Below, one piece after another: positions 39,511 to 49,396 of a DNA stretch of 64,000 nucleotides. The notes under the pieces are model-generated. The model saw only the letters and a program-made list of their open reading frames with translations. It had not been told where the DNA came from and did not search any database. Position 1 is the stretch's first letter; each line of letters begins with the position of its first letter. A program made the translations under genes and the position numbers. Origin of the DNA: an uncultured Candidatus Saccharibacteria bacterium (lineage in GTDB: Bacteria > Patescibacteriota > Dojkabacteria > B142 > OLB20); assembly GCA_964562165.1 (NCBI GenBank), contig CAZLRZ010000001.1, positions 1,349 to 65,348 on the forward strand, in the 5' to 3' direction.

Positions 39511-40158
39511 TTAATCATTTTCAATATTATGTTTTTCGCCTGTAAAAACCCAGACTTTAATTCCGTGTTTTCCAGCATTAGGGACTGCAGCAGTTAGATA
39601 ATAGTAATCAATATCTGCTCTTAATGTTTGTAATGGAACAGTTCCCCATTGGAACTTTTCAGTTCTTGCAATTTCAGCTCCTTTTATACGACCACTAACC
39701 CATACCCTAATACCTTTTACAAAATTTGAATTTTTAGCATTTTCAATTTCTCTTGATACTGCGTACTTTGGAACAATACGTCTTTCTAATTGAGCCTTAA
39801 TTGTATCTGCAATTAATTTTGCAGATGCTTCAGGTCTCTTAATTTCAAAGATCTTTAAGTCAACATCACCTTTAATCATTTTCTTTAATTCATTTTTCAA
39901 ATCTTCAATTCCTGCACCACCTCTACCAATAACAATACCTGGTCTAGCAACTTTTATTTCAACCATAACCTTGTTCATTGATCTTTTAACTTTACATTCC
40001 TGGACTCCAGCATTCATCAATTTCTTATTCACAAATTCTCTAACTTTTAAATCTTCAAGTAAATAATCAGCAAATTGAGCCTTAGATGCATACCAGACAG
40101 ATGACCATCCTTTGTTTACACCTATTCTATATGCTGTTGGATTGACTTTATGTCCCAT
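39511..40158 (-). CDS. rpsC: 30S ribosomal protein uS3
   Basis: MGHKVNP, RPGIVIGRGG, VPLQTLRADIDY. Confidence 0.98.
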   Translation of the reverse strand: MGHKVNPTAYRIGVNKGWSSVWYASKAQFADYLLEDLKVREFVNKKLMNAGVQECKVKRSMNKVMVEIKVARPGIVIGRGGAGIEDLKNELKKMIKGDVDLKIFEIKRPEASAKLIADTIKAQLERRIVPKYAVSREIENAKNSNFVKGIRVWVSGRIKGAEIARTEKFQWGTVPLQTLRADIDYYYLTAAVPNAGKHGIKVWVFTGEKHNIEND

Positions 40159-40164
40159 AGTTAA

Positions 40165-40653
40165 TTATTTAGATTCTTTCTTAATTTTAGATAATTTAGG
40201 TTTAACTTCTTTTTTTGTTGAAACGACTTCCTTTTCGACTTTTTTAGCTTTAACTACTTTTTTCTCTTTAGAAACTTTGGTTTCAGATTTAACTTTTGAG
40301 ACTTCATCAGTTTCTTTAAGATTTATTAAACCTATAACAATATGAGAGTTTCTCTTCATAATTGCTCTATATCTTCCTCTTGCTGCTGGTCTACCTCTTT
40401 TGAATATTTGAGCATCATTTACTAAAAGTTCTTTGATCAATAAATCATTTTTGTTCCAACCTTCATTATTTACTGCGTTTGCAACTGCAGATCGTAAATT
40501 CTTTAAAAGATCTTTTGCTGCTGTTTTATCAGTGAATTGTAGAATAGCTTCAGCCTGTTGTGGAGTTTTACCTCTTACTAAGTCTGCTACTAATCTGACT
40601 TTTCTTGCAGATATTAATGAGTTATTTAATTTTGCATATACTACTTTTTGCAT
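40165..40653 (-). CDS. rplV: 50S ribosomal protein uL22 with a Lys/Glu-rich C-terminal extension
   Basis: SARKVRLVADLVRG, SAVANA, ARGR. Confidence 0.97.
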   Translation of the reverse strand: MQKVVYAKLNNSLISARKVRLVADLVRGKTPQQAEAILQFTDKTAAKDLLKNLRSAVANAVNNEGWNKNDLLIKELLVNDAQIFKRGRPAARGRYRAIMKRNSHIVIGLINLKETDEVSKVKSETKVSKEKKVVKAKKVEKEVVSTKKEVKPKLSKIKKESK

Positions 40654-40670
40654 TATGTTTAAATCTATTT

Positions 40671-40979
40671 TTAATCTTTAAGTACTCGACCCATTGTTCC
40701 TGTGCTCTTAGCGATTTTACCTTTCTTACTATGACCGGTGAATTTTCGGGTCAAAACGAATTCACCTAATTTATGACCTACCATTGATTCTGTAACAAAT
40801 ACTTTGAAAAATTCTTTACCATTATATACATCAAAGTTTATCCCAACCATTTCTGGTGAAATTGAAGAACCTCTTGCCCATGTTTTGATGGCTTTGTTGC
40901 TTCCTGTTGTTTTTGCTTTATTAACTTTTTCTAACAATTTCTGGTCTATGTAGGGACCTTTTTTTAGTGATCTAGACAT
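40671..40979 (-). CDS. rpsS: 30S ribosomal protein uS19
   Basis: [18 protein letters not shown]. Confidence 0.98.
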   Translation of the reverse strand: MSRSLKKGPYIDQKLLEKVNKAKTTGSNKAIKTWARGSSISPEMVGINFDVYNGKEFFKVFVTESMVGHKLGEFVLTRKFTGHSKKGKIAKSTGTMGRVLKD

Positions 40980-40981
40980 GG

Positions 40982-41851
40982 TTATATAATAGTTTTATAT
41001 GTTTTATGTTTTTTACCGCGCACATTTGAGCGTCGTTTAATTATGAACTTATTAGTATTTGGTCTGTTTCTTGTGTTGACTCCAATTCTATTACCCCATC
41101 TATCTTTAGCTGGACCTCCTGGACCGTGTCTACCAGATTTACCTTGTCCATCTCCATGAGGATGCTTTCCTCCACTCATTGCTGTACCTCTAACTGTTGG
41201 TTTGATACCCATTTTTCTCTTTCTACCGGCTTTTCCAAATTTTTCATTCTTGTTTTCAAGATTGGAAAGTATTCCAATAGTTGCTAAACAGGTTTCTTTA
41301 ATCAATCTGATTTCACCACTAGGCATTTTGACTTGAATATATCCTTTTTCACCACCTTGAATTTGAGCGCCGACTCCGGCTGATCTGGCTAAGATTCCAC
41401 CATTCCCAGGAATGAGTTCGATATTATGAACAAACATTGCTTGAGGAATGTTTTTTAAAGGTAATGTATTTCCAACTTTTACAGAAGCCTTATCACCACT
41501 CATCAATTCTTCTCCGACTTTTAAACCTAATGGAGCTAAGATATATCTTTTTTCTCCATCTGCATAACTTAAAAGAGCAATAAAACTTGTTCTATATGGA
41601 TCATATTCAATACTCACTACTTTAGCAGGAATATTGAATTTTTCTCTTTTAAAGTCGATAACTCTATATGATCTTTTAACTCTTCCACCTTTATGTCTTA
41701 CTGTTAGCTTACCATGAGTATTTCTACCTGCATTATACTTAATATATTTTAACAACGATTTCTCTGGTTTTTTAGAAGTAACATCTTTGTTATCTACTAA
41801 AACAGTAAATCTTCGTGTTGGTGTTGTTGGTTTATAAATCTTTAAAGCCAT
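40982..41851 (-). CDS. rplB: 50S ribosomal protein uL2 with a divergent C-terminal loop
   Basis: YRVIDF, IEYDPYR, ARSAG, PSGE, GKAGR, HPHG. Confidence 0.98.
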   Translation of the reverse strand: MALKIYKPTTPTRRFTVLVDNKDVTSKKPEKSLLKYIKYNAGRNTHGKLTVRHKGGRVKRSYRVIDFKREKFNIPAKVVSIEYDPYRTSFIALLSYADGEKRYILAPLGLKVGEELMSGDKASVKVGNTLPLKNIPQAMFVHNIELIPGNGGILARSAGVGAQIQGGEKGYIQVKMPSGEIRLIKETCLATIGILSNLENKNEKFGKAGRKRKMGIKPTVRGTAMSGGKHPHGDGQGKSGRHGPGGPAKDRWGNRIGVNTRNRPNTNKFIIKRRSNVRGKKHKTYKTII

Positions 41852-41856
41852 TACAA

Positions 41857-42162
41857 TTATTTAATATCAAAAAGATTAATTTTATCTCCCTTTTTCAAGG
41901 TTACTATCGCTTTTTTAAAATCGCTTCGTCTGCCTAATGTTCGTTTTTTACCAAATCTCACTATTTTACCACTATTTACTATGGTTTGGATACCTTCTAC
42001 CTTAACGGAAAAGGTTTTTTCTATATATTTTGCCAATTCAATTTTATTACTAGCGTTTTCTACAATAAATGTATATTTGTTGTATAAATCAATTGCCTTT
42101 AAAGATTTTTCACTTATTAAAGGTCTTACAATTAATTTGTTAATTTTAGTTACGCTTTCCAT
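41857..42162 (-). CDS. rplW: 50S ribosomal protein uL23
   Basis: PLISEKS, KKAIVTLKKG. Confidence 0.96.
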   Translation of the reverse strand: MESVTKINKLIVRPLISEKSLKAIDLYNKYTFIVENASNKIELAKYIEKTFSVKVEGIQTIVNSGKIVRFGKKRTLGRRSDFKKAIVTLKKGDKINLFDIK

Positions 42163-42869
42163 TATTTGGTTGATTTAACTGTTTTTGGTTTAACTTCTTT
42201 TTTAACTGTTTCTTTCTTTACGGTTTCTTTCTTTACTGCTTTTTTTGTTCCCCAGAAGTTATAGATAGATTCTAGTGAAGATTCTAAAATAACTACTTTA
42301 GCTGCATTCAAAATATCATAATAGTTTACTGAATTTACGACTTCTAAGTTCAAAGTTTCAATGTTATGAGCAGAGTTTACTAAGAATTGATCTGCATCTT
42401 TTTGAATCATTAATACTTTTTCATCTTTTAATTTACCTAGAATCTTTAATAGATCTTGTGTTTTAGCTGAATCGAATTTCAAATCTTGAAATACAACTAC
42501 ATTACCTGCTTTTGCTTGCATTGATAAACTTGATACCATTGCAATTTTTCGCATCTTTTTGTTTAAAGTCTTTTTATAATTGATTTCATTTGTTGGACCG
42601 TATGTAACTCCGCCACCTTTCCAGATAGGAGATCTACTTGAACCGGCTCTTGCTTTACCTGTACCTTTTTGTTTCCATGGTTTTTTACCACCACCGCTAA
42701 CTTCTCCTCTGTTTTTTGTATGAGCATTACTTTGTCTTCGATTAGCTAAATAGGTTCTAACTGCTTGAGCAAGTAAAACCTTGTTAATTTTTGCATCAAA
42801 GACTTCATCTCTAACTTCTAATTTAGATTTGATTTCTTTACCTTTGTTATCAAAATATTCTACTAACAT
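42162..42869 (-). CDS. rplD: 50S ribosomal protein uL4
   Basis: RGEVSGGGKKPWKQKGTGKAR, SPIWKGGG. Confidence 0.98.
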   Translation of the reverse strand: MLVEYFDNKGKEIKSKLEVRDEVFDAKINKVLLAQAVRTYLANRRQSNAHTKNRGEVSGGGKKPWKQKGTGKARAGSSRSPIWKGGGVTYGPTNEINYKKTLNKKMRKIAMVSSLSMQAKAGNVVVFQDLKFDSAKTQDLLKILGKLKDEKVLMIQKDADQFLVNSAHNIETLNLEVVNSVNYYDILNAAKVVILESSLESIYNFWGTKKAVKKETVKKETVKKEVKPKTVKSTK

Positions 42870-43477
42870 TATTTGTTTCCTGTAATAATAACTAATGATT
42901 CTTTATTTCCTGGAACTGCGCCTTTTAAGGCTAATAAATTGTTTTCTTTATCAATATTAATAATTCTCAAATTCTTTGTTGTCTTAGTATCTGAACCCAT
43001 TCTTCCACCCATTTTGTGACCTTTGAAAACTCTACCTGGGGTTGTTCTCATACCGATTGATCCAGTATGTCTTTGTCTATCAGACTGTCCGTGAGTTCTA
43101 TTACCACCGTGGAATCCCCATCTCTTAACTACTCCTTGAAAACCCTTACCTTTTGTTTCTCCGGTTACGTTTACTTTTTTGATTGATTCAAAAATTTCGA
43201 CAGTAACTTTATCTTTAATGTTTAATTCAAGATCAATTTCAGCTTCTACTGCATATTGTGGCACATATCCTAGTTCTTTGAATTTACCGAGTTCTGCTTT
43301 AGTAGGATTTTTCTTTTTACCAATACCTAAAACATAAGCAGTATATCCATCTTTTTCGGCTGTTTTTTTATGTGCAACAATTACATCAGAAGAATCAATG
43401 AAGGTTACTGGTACTACAGTTCCATCTTCCTGAAAAATCTGTGACATATTCTTTTTTATACCAATCAAAGTTTTCAT
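42869..43477 (-). CDS. rplC: 50S ribosomal protein uL3
   Basis: KGKGFQGVVKRWGF, PGRVFKG, KGAVPG. Confidence 0.98.
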   Translation of the reverse strand: MKTLIGIKKNMSQIFQEDGTVVPVTFIDSSDVIVAHKKTAEKDGYTAYVLGIGKKKNPTKAELGKFKELGYVPQYAVEAEIDLELNIKDKVTVEIFESIKKVNVTGETKGKGFQGVVKRWGFHGGNRTHGQSDRQRHTGSIGMRTTPGRVFKGHKMGGRMGSDTKTTKNLRIINIDKENNLLALKGAVPGNKESLVIITGNK

Positions 43478-43496
43478 TTTAGTTTATTGTTTCTTA

Positions 43497-43796
43497 CTAT
43501 TTAATTTCGATTCCGACTCCGGCAGCGAGTTGTAAATGAGTTAATGAATCTATCGTTTTGCTTGTTGGTTCGACAATATCAATTAATCTTTTATGTGTAT
43601 GGATCTTAAAGTGTTCTTTAGATTTTGCGTCTACATGGGGAGATTTTAATGTGACATATTTTCTCTTTTTTGTTGGAAGAGGAATAGGTCCAAAAGTTTT
43701 AGCTCCTGTTCGAACAGCAGTTTCTAAAATCTGCAAGGCTGCTTTATCAACAACTTTTGCATCGTAACCTTTTATTTTAATCCTTATTTTTTGCAT
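43497..43796 (-). CDS. rpsJ: 30S ribosomal protein uS10
   Basis: [28 protein letters not shown]. Confidence 0.98.
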   Translation of the reverse strand: MQKIRIKIKGYDAKVVDKAALQILETAVRTGAKTFGPIPLPTKKRKYVTLKSPHVDAKSKEHFKIHTHKRLIDIVEPTSKTIDSLTHLQLAAGVGIEIK

Positions 43797-43813
43797 AAAA
43801 GTAAAGTTTAAAA

Positions 43814-43842
43814 TTGAGGAGCTTGATTTCCAAGCTCCTCAA
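43814..43842 (-). terminator. Hairpin between tuf and rpsJ (terminator/attenuator or mRNA-stabilising stem)
   Basis: 12-bp perfect inverted repeat TTGAGGAGCTTG/CAAGCTCCTCAA with a short T tract on the minus strand. Confidence 0.7.
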
Positions 43843-43853
43843 CATCATTTTAA

Positions 43854-45050
43854 TTATTTTATAAGTTTAGTTACAATACCTGCACCAACTGTTCTTCCAC
43901 CTTCTCTAATTGCAAGGGACATCTTTTCTTCAACTGCAGCAGGTTTGTTCAATTTAACAATGAATGTTGCATGATCACCTGGCATTACCATTTCAACTCC
44001 TTCTTTTAATGTAACTTCACCTGTAATATCAGCTGTATTTACATAGAATTGTGGTTTGTATCCACTTACGAAAGCTGTATGTCTACCACCTTCTTCTTTG
44101 GATAATACGTATGCTTCAATTTCAAATTCTGTATGAGGTTTGATTGAGCCTTTTGCAGCTAATACTTGACCTCTTTGAATTTCTTCTCTTTTAATACCTC
44201 TTAAAAGAATACCAACATTGTCTCCAGCTTGACCGAATTCTAATTGTTTGTTGAACATTTCAACTCCGGTTACTGTTACTTTTTTGACATCATCCATTAA
44301 ACCGATTTGGTCTAATTCTTCACCAACTTTAACTTTACCTCTTTCGATTCTACCTGTAGCGACTGTTCCTCTACCTTCGATAGAGAAGACATCTTCGACT
44401 GACATTAAGAAAGGTTTGTCTAGTTCTCTTACTGGTTCTGGAATATCTTTGTCTAATGCAGCCATTAATTCATCCATTGCTCTTTCGCCATCTGGATCGC
44501 CATTTAGACCTTTTAATGCGCTACCTCTTACGATAGTAATTTTATCACCATCGTATTCGTATTTCTTTAGTAATTCTCTAATTTCATCTTCGACCAACAT
44601 TAACAATTCTTCGTCCATGTCATCGTCAAACATATTTAGGAAGACTACGAAATGTTCTACTCCGACTTGTCTAGCTAAAATGATATGTTCTTTTGTTTGA
44701 GGCATTGGACCATCAGATGCAGAAACTACGAGAATTGCTCCATCCATTTGGGCTGCTCCGGTAATCATGTTCTTGATGTAATCTTTATGCCCTGGACAGT
44801 CGATATGAGCGTAATGTCTTTTTTCTGACTCATATTCTACATGTGATGTAGCAACTGTTACGATTTTGGTTTTGTCTCTAACGACTCCACCTTTTGCAAT
44901 TTCATTATATCCTTTTTCAGAAGCCATTCTGCCTTTTCTTGTTGCGTGAGCAATTAGAGCTGCAGTTAAGGTTGTTTTACCATGATCAATATGACCTAAT
45001 GTTCCGACATTGACATGGGGTTTTGTCCTTTCAAAAACTTTATTAGCCAT
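43854..45050 (-). CDS. tuf: Elongation factor Tu with atypical switch I and G4 motifs
   Basis: [47 protein letters not shown]. Confidence 0.98.
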   Translation of the reverse strand: MANKVFERTKPHVNVGTLGHIDHGKTTLTAALIAHATRKGRMASEKGYNEIAKGGVVRDKTKIVTVATSHVEYESEKRHYAHIDCPGHKDYIKNMITGAAQMDGAILVVSASDGPMPQTKEHIILARQVGVEHFVVFLNMFDDDMDEELLMLVEDEIRELLKKYEYDGDKITIVRGSALKGLNGDPDGERAMDELMAALDKDIPEPVRELDKPFLMSVEDVFSIEGRGTVATGRIERGKVKVGEELDQIGLMDDVKKVTVTGVEMFNKQLEFGQAGDNVGILLRGIKREEIQRGQVLAAKGSIKPHTEFEIEAYVLSKEEGGRHTAFVSGYKPQFYVNTADITGEVTLKEGVEMVMPGDHATFIVKLNKPAAVEEKMSLAIREGGRTVGAGIVTKLIK

Positions 45051-45117
45051 TTTTAGTATTTAATAAATAAATGTAATTAAATAAATAAAGACAAGAATTG
45101 CCTTAAATCCAGCTTAG

Positions 45118-45146
45118 TTTATAACAAATTTAGATAAAATGTGCAA
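45118..45146 (-). promoter_or_regulatory. Internal promoter for tuf
   Basis: TTGCAC - 17 nt - TATAAA with TGn extension in the fusA-tuf gap. Confidence 0.6.
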
Positions 45147-45177
45147 TACATTTTTGAACTTTTCGTTCTATTTTTTG

Positions 45178-47319
45178 CTATTTTATTCCCAAAACTTGAT
45201 TAACTAAGCCCTCAGGCACTTTTTCATAGTGACTAAATTCCATATAACTATTTGCTCTACCTTTTGTCATTGATCTCAATGAGTTTACCCAACCGAACAT
45301 ATTACCAATAGGTACGTAGGCTGTTATTTCCTGCATTTTACCTTTTGGATTCATTGACTTAATAATACCTCTTTTTGAGGATAAGGCTCCGGTGACATCT
45401 CCTGCGTATTCGTCTGGAGTGACAACTGGAACTTTCATAATTGGTTCTAAGAGGATTGGTTTAGCCAACTTCATAGCTGCCTTAAACCCTTTAGATCCGC
45501 AAACTCTAAATGTATCTGTATTTGAGTCAACGTCATGATATGAACCGTCAACAAGTCTAACTTTAACATCGACAACTGGGAAACCGCCTAAAACACCATT
45601 TGGTAATGATTCTTGGATTCCTTTATCAACTGAAGGGATAAATTCTTTTGGAACTGATCCTCCTTTGATTTCGTTAACAAATTCATATCCTTTTCCTCGT
45701 TCTTGAGGCTCTAGAATGATTTCAATGTCTGCAAATTGTCCTGCACCACCCGTTTGCTTTTTAAGGATCTCTCTATGGCTAACTGCTGAAGAGATTGTTT
45801 CTTTGTATGCAACCTGTGGCATACCTGCTGTTACTTCGATTCCGTATGTTCTCTTTAGAATGTCCATTTTAATATCAAGATGCAATTCTCCCATTCCTGA
45901 GATAATTGTTTGACCGGTTTCAATATCTGTTTTTGCATTAAAGGTTGGATCTTCCTGCATTAATTTATGTAGGGCTTCTCCAAGTTTTTCCTGATCAGAT
46001 TTTGTTTTAGGCTCGATTGCGAGACTGACAACTGGATCTGGGAAATCAATACTTTCTAAAACGACATTTTGATTATCACCACAAATTGTATTTCCTGTAT
46101 AGGATTCTTTAAATCCTACAACTCCAACGATATCCCCAGCTCTAGCCTGTGTAATATCTTCTGAGTGGTTAGCATGCATTAAAAGCAATCTACCAACTCT
46201 TTCTCGTTTTTCTTTTGTACTATTATTAATGAATGAGCCAGAAGATAATGTTCCGGAATAAACTCTAACGAACATTAATTGCCCGATATGTGGATCAACT
46301 GAAATTTTGAAAACTAAACCAACGAATGGTTCGGTTACTTTTGCATCATATACAAATTTTTCTTCGGTTTCTGTGTTTGTTCCAACGATCTTTCCAACAT
46401 ATTCTTCTTTTTCACCGGTTTCTTTGTTTTCGAAAATGTATCTTTTTTGATATGGGGAAGGTAGGTATCTACAGACATTATCAAGAAGTATCTTTGTATC
46501 GGCCATTCTTGAATCTCCACCCATTACTGGGAAAATCTTACTGGATAATGTTGATATTCTAAGTGCTGTATAGAGTTCGTTTAATTCTAAAACACCATCA
46601 TTTAAATATTTTTCCATCAAAACATCATCCGATTCTGCTAACTTTTCTACTAAAACAGAATGAAGTTCATCACATCTATCTTTAATATTAGCTGGGATTT
46701 CGGTTTCTTTGAATTCGTGTTTTTCTTCATCAGCATATTCATATGCTTTCATTGTTACTAGATCTACAAATCCTCTAAGCTCGTGTTCTTTACCAATTGG
46801 ATAAGTAATAGCTACAGCATTTGAAGACAATTCATCCTGAATTGATTTCAAACTCATTTCGAAATCGCCACCGATTAGGTTTAATTTATTAATAAAACAA
46901 ATTCTAGGAACTATATATTTATCTGCTTGACCCCAAACCTTGCTGGATTGTGGTTCTACTCCCATTTTTCCGTCAAAGACAACGACTGCTCCGTCGAGGA
47001 CTCTAAGAGATCGTTCAACTTCTGCAGTGAAATCTACATGCCCTGGTGTATCGATAATATTAATTCTATGTAAAATATTATCTAGAGTCCAAAAACAAGT
47101 AGTTGCAGCGGAAGTGATAGTAATACCTCTTTCTCGCTCTTGCAGCATAAAATCCATATCGGCAGCACCATCATGTGTTTCTCCGACTTTATGTTTTTTC
47201 CCTGTAAAGAAAAGGATTCTTTCTGTAGTAGTGGTTTTACCGGCATCTACATGAGCGATAATACCAATGTTTCTGTAGTTTTGCAGATCTTTTACTGCTG
47301 AGTAATCAATTTTGGCCAT
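45178..47319 (-). CDS. fusA: Elongation factor G
   Basis: AHVDAGKTTTTERIL, ERERGITI, DTPGHVDF, GMGELHL, GSYHDVDS. Confidence 0.98.
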   Translation of the reverse strand: MAKIDYSAVKDLQNYRNIGIIAHVDAGKTTTTERILFFTGKKHKVGETHDGAADMDFMLQERERGITITSAATTCFWTLDNILHRINIIDTPGHVDFTAEVERSLRVLDGAVVVFDGKMGVEPQSSKVWGQADKYIVPRICFINKLNLIGGDFEMSLKSIQDELSSNAVAITYPIGKEHELRGFVDLVTMKAYEYADEEKHEFKETEIPANIKDRCDELHSVLVEKLAESDDVLMEKYLNDGVLELNELYTALRISTLSSKIFPVMGGDSRMADTKILLDNVCRYLPSPYQKRYIFENKETGEKEEYVGKIVGTNTETEEKFVYDAKVTEPFVGLVFKISVDPHIGQLMFVRVYSGTLSSGSFINNSTKEKRERVGRLLLMHANHSEDITQARAGDIVGVVGFKESYTGNTICGDNQNVVLESIDFPDPVVSLAIEPKTKSDQEKLGEALHKLMQEDPTFNAKTDIETGQTIISGMGELHLDIKMDILKRTYGIEVTAGMPQVAYKETISSAVSHREILKKQTGGAGQFADIEIILEPQERGKGYEFVNEIKGGSVPKEFIPSVDKGIQESLPNGVLGGFPVVDVKVRLVDGSYHDVDSNTDTFRVCGSKGFKAAMKLAKPILLEPIMKVPVVTPDEYAGDVTGALSSKRGIIKSMNPKGKMQEITAYVPIGNMFGWVNSLRSMTKGRANSYMEFSHYEKVPEGLVNQVLGIK

Positions 47320-47445
47320 AGAATTAATAATAAAAAAATTCGAAAAATGATTATCTAACTATTATGGGAAAAAATCAATATCTAATAATGCCCAATCTAG
47401 TGGATATCTCCAATGATAAATGATATCTGGATAAAAGTAAAGTCG

Positions 47446-48189
47446 TTAGGGTTTTTTCTTTAAAACAAAATATCTATTACTTTTAGAATCGCGTCCATCC
47501 GCTGCAAATGCGTGGATTTGTTCATAGTTGGTTTGTGAAAGAAGTTCATTGATTTCAGTTTCCGTATAGTAATGAGCAAAGCGATAAGCCCGTTTACCTT
47601 CGCGCCAATCTAATAGGTAGTCATTTTTATCAATTAGAGAATCGGTAAAATCCAGTTCCTTTGCTATTTCGTTTTTATTAACACGTTCTTCGTATTTCTT
47701 GCCGGGGAAATCCCATACACTAAAGCAAAATAGACCTTCCTCACTTAATAAACTATTGGCTATATTAAACAATTCAACTCTTTTTTGGGTAGAGGGCACG
47801 TGATGCATAAAGCCGAACATTACGATTAGATCGAACTTTCCGAAATTGTTGATATTAGAAAGTTCAGCAGAATTCATTAAATCGAGTTTTAAAAACTTTA
47901 CCTTTTGACTTTTATATTTCTTTTTAGCCTCTTCAAGCAAAAAATCGTCGGCGTCAATTCCTAGGTAATTGAAGTCCTCGGAATGTTTTTTAAGGGATTC
48001 TACAAATCTCCCATTGCCACAGGCGAGATCTAATACACTATATATATTGTATCCGTTTTCTGAAATGTATTTTAATAGGACTTCCCAACCTGACCAAGTG
48101 TAATTTCGTGATTTTGAAAATGTGCTGCTAGTGATCTTGTAGAAATCTTTATTTAGTTCAATGATTTTATTTTCGGATTCTTTATTCAT
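47446..48189 (-). CDS. Class I SAM methyltransferase, Trm9/ALKBH8-like
   Basis: FSKSR...W, VLDLACGNGR, MHHVPSTQKR, SVW, RFAHYY mirror Trm9 motifs (FSQTR..PW, DVGCGNG, HH.ST..RR, W, RYYH). Confidence 0.8.
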   Translation of the reverse strand: MNKESENKIIELNKDFYKITSSTFSKSRNYTWSGWEVLLKYISENGYNIYSVLDLACGNGRFVESLKKHSEDFNYLGIDADDFLLEEAKKKYKSQKVKFLKLDLMNSAELSNINNFGKFDLIVMFGFMHHVPSTQKRVELFNIANSLLSEEGLFCFSVWDFPGKKYEERVNKNEIAKELDFTDSLIDKNDYLLDWREGKRAYRFAHYYTETEINELLSQTNYEQIHAFAADGRDSKSNRYFVLKKKP

Positions 48190-49396
48190 ATCTTAAGGCG
48201 ACTATTGGATCTAATTTGCCGGCCTGCCAGGCAGGGTAACTTCCAAAGACCAATCCTATAAGGCCAGAGACACCGACAGCAAGTAGTATTGTATTAATGT
48301 TTATAGCGAAAGCTAAAGCGGCGACTTGTGTAAAAATATAGGTTAATAAGATTCCAAGTAATGTGCCAAGGATTCCACCCAACATAGTTACAGCAATCGA
48401 TTCGGTTAAGAATTGAAGCAGAATGTCGTTTCGGGTAGCTCCAAGGGCTTTTCGGAGGCCAATTTCACGAGTTCGTTCTTTTACGCTAACAAACATAATA
48501 TTCATTATTCCAATCCCGCCAACCAGCAAAGATATTCCCGCAATTAAAGCTAGAAATATTGTAAAAATACTTGTGATTTCAGAGAGGATCCCCAATGCCT
48601 GAGCGGACGTTCTAATGGTAAAATCGGATTCTTCAGTGCCTTTTAGACCTCTGACTTGTCTGAAGTTGGTTTTAAGTTCTTCTGCTGCCAAACTAATGTA
48701 TTCGGGGTCTTTAGCAGAAACAATTATTGACCTAATCGTACTATTGCCAGTAATCAATTTTTGCATAGTTTTTAAAGGAAGTATTATTACTTCATCTAAA
48801 TTTTGGAAACCATTACTACCCCTTGGCTTTGTGATTCCGACTATCGTAAAGTTCTGGTTGGAAATGTTTATAGTTTGCCCTATTGGGTTATCAACAAAAA
48901 ATTTGTCCCGAATTTCCGGACCAATCACGGCGACTCTTGAAACTGTGTCTGAATCCTTTTCATTAATTTCTCTACCTGCTAAAAGATCTACCGCTCTAAC
49001 GGAAAAATAATCACCATAGACACCGGTTACGGACATTTGTTGATTGTTTATACCTACTTTAATTGGCACTAATTTGCTGGATTCAGTTGAAATACCTTTT
49101 AAATAGATATTGGGTTTGTTTTTTAAATCAACTACATTTTGAAATTCAAATGAAGCAGACAGATCAAAAGAAAAACCTTGTGAACTGCTTTGAAACTTCC
49201 CGGGTATTACAGTGATTAGGTCGGAACCAAATGCCGAGACTGAAGATTCGATTGTGCCCTGTGCCGCTTCACCAATGTTTACTAAAGTGATTACGGAAGT
49301 AATTCCAATGACTATACCCAAGACAGTCAAAAAGGTTCTGAGTTTGTTGACCGTTAGTGAGTCGAAGGCGTTTTTTAATAAAATATTTAATCGCAT
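48182..49396 (-). CDS. MacB/FtsX-family ABC transporter permease
   Basis: RTFLTVLGIVIG, GGIGIMNIM.VSV.ERTREIGLRKALGA, LDPIVALRYE. Confidence 0.95.
   Translation of the reverse strand: MRLNILLKNAFDSLTVNKLRTFLTVLGIVIGITSVITLVNIGEAAQGTIESSVSAFGSDLITVIPGKFQSSSQGFSFDLSASFEFQNVVDLKNKPNIYLKGISTESSKLVPIKVGINNQQMSVTGVYGDYFSVRAVDLLAGREINEKDSDTVSRVAVIGPEIRDKFFVDNPIGQTINISNQNFTIVGITKPRGSNGFQNLDEVIILPLKTMQKLITGNSTIRSIIVSAKDPEYISLAAEELKTNFRQVRGLKGTEESDFTIRTSAQALGILSEITSIFTIFLALIAGISLLVGGIGIMNIMFVSVKERTREIGLRKALGATRNDILLQFLTESIAVTMLGGILGTLLGILLTYIFTQVAALAFAININTILLAVGVSGLIGLVFGSYPAWQAGKLDPIVALRYE

Noticed and set aside
47340-47445. Possible structured leader upstream of fusA (two GATATC copies)
   Set aside because: No convincing stable stem or known RNA motif
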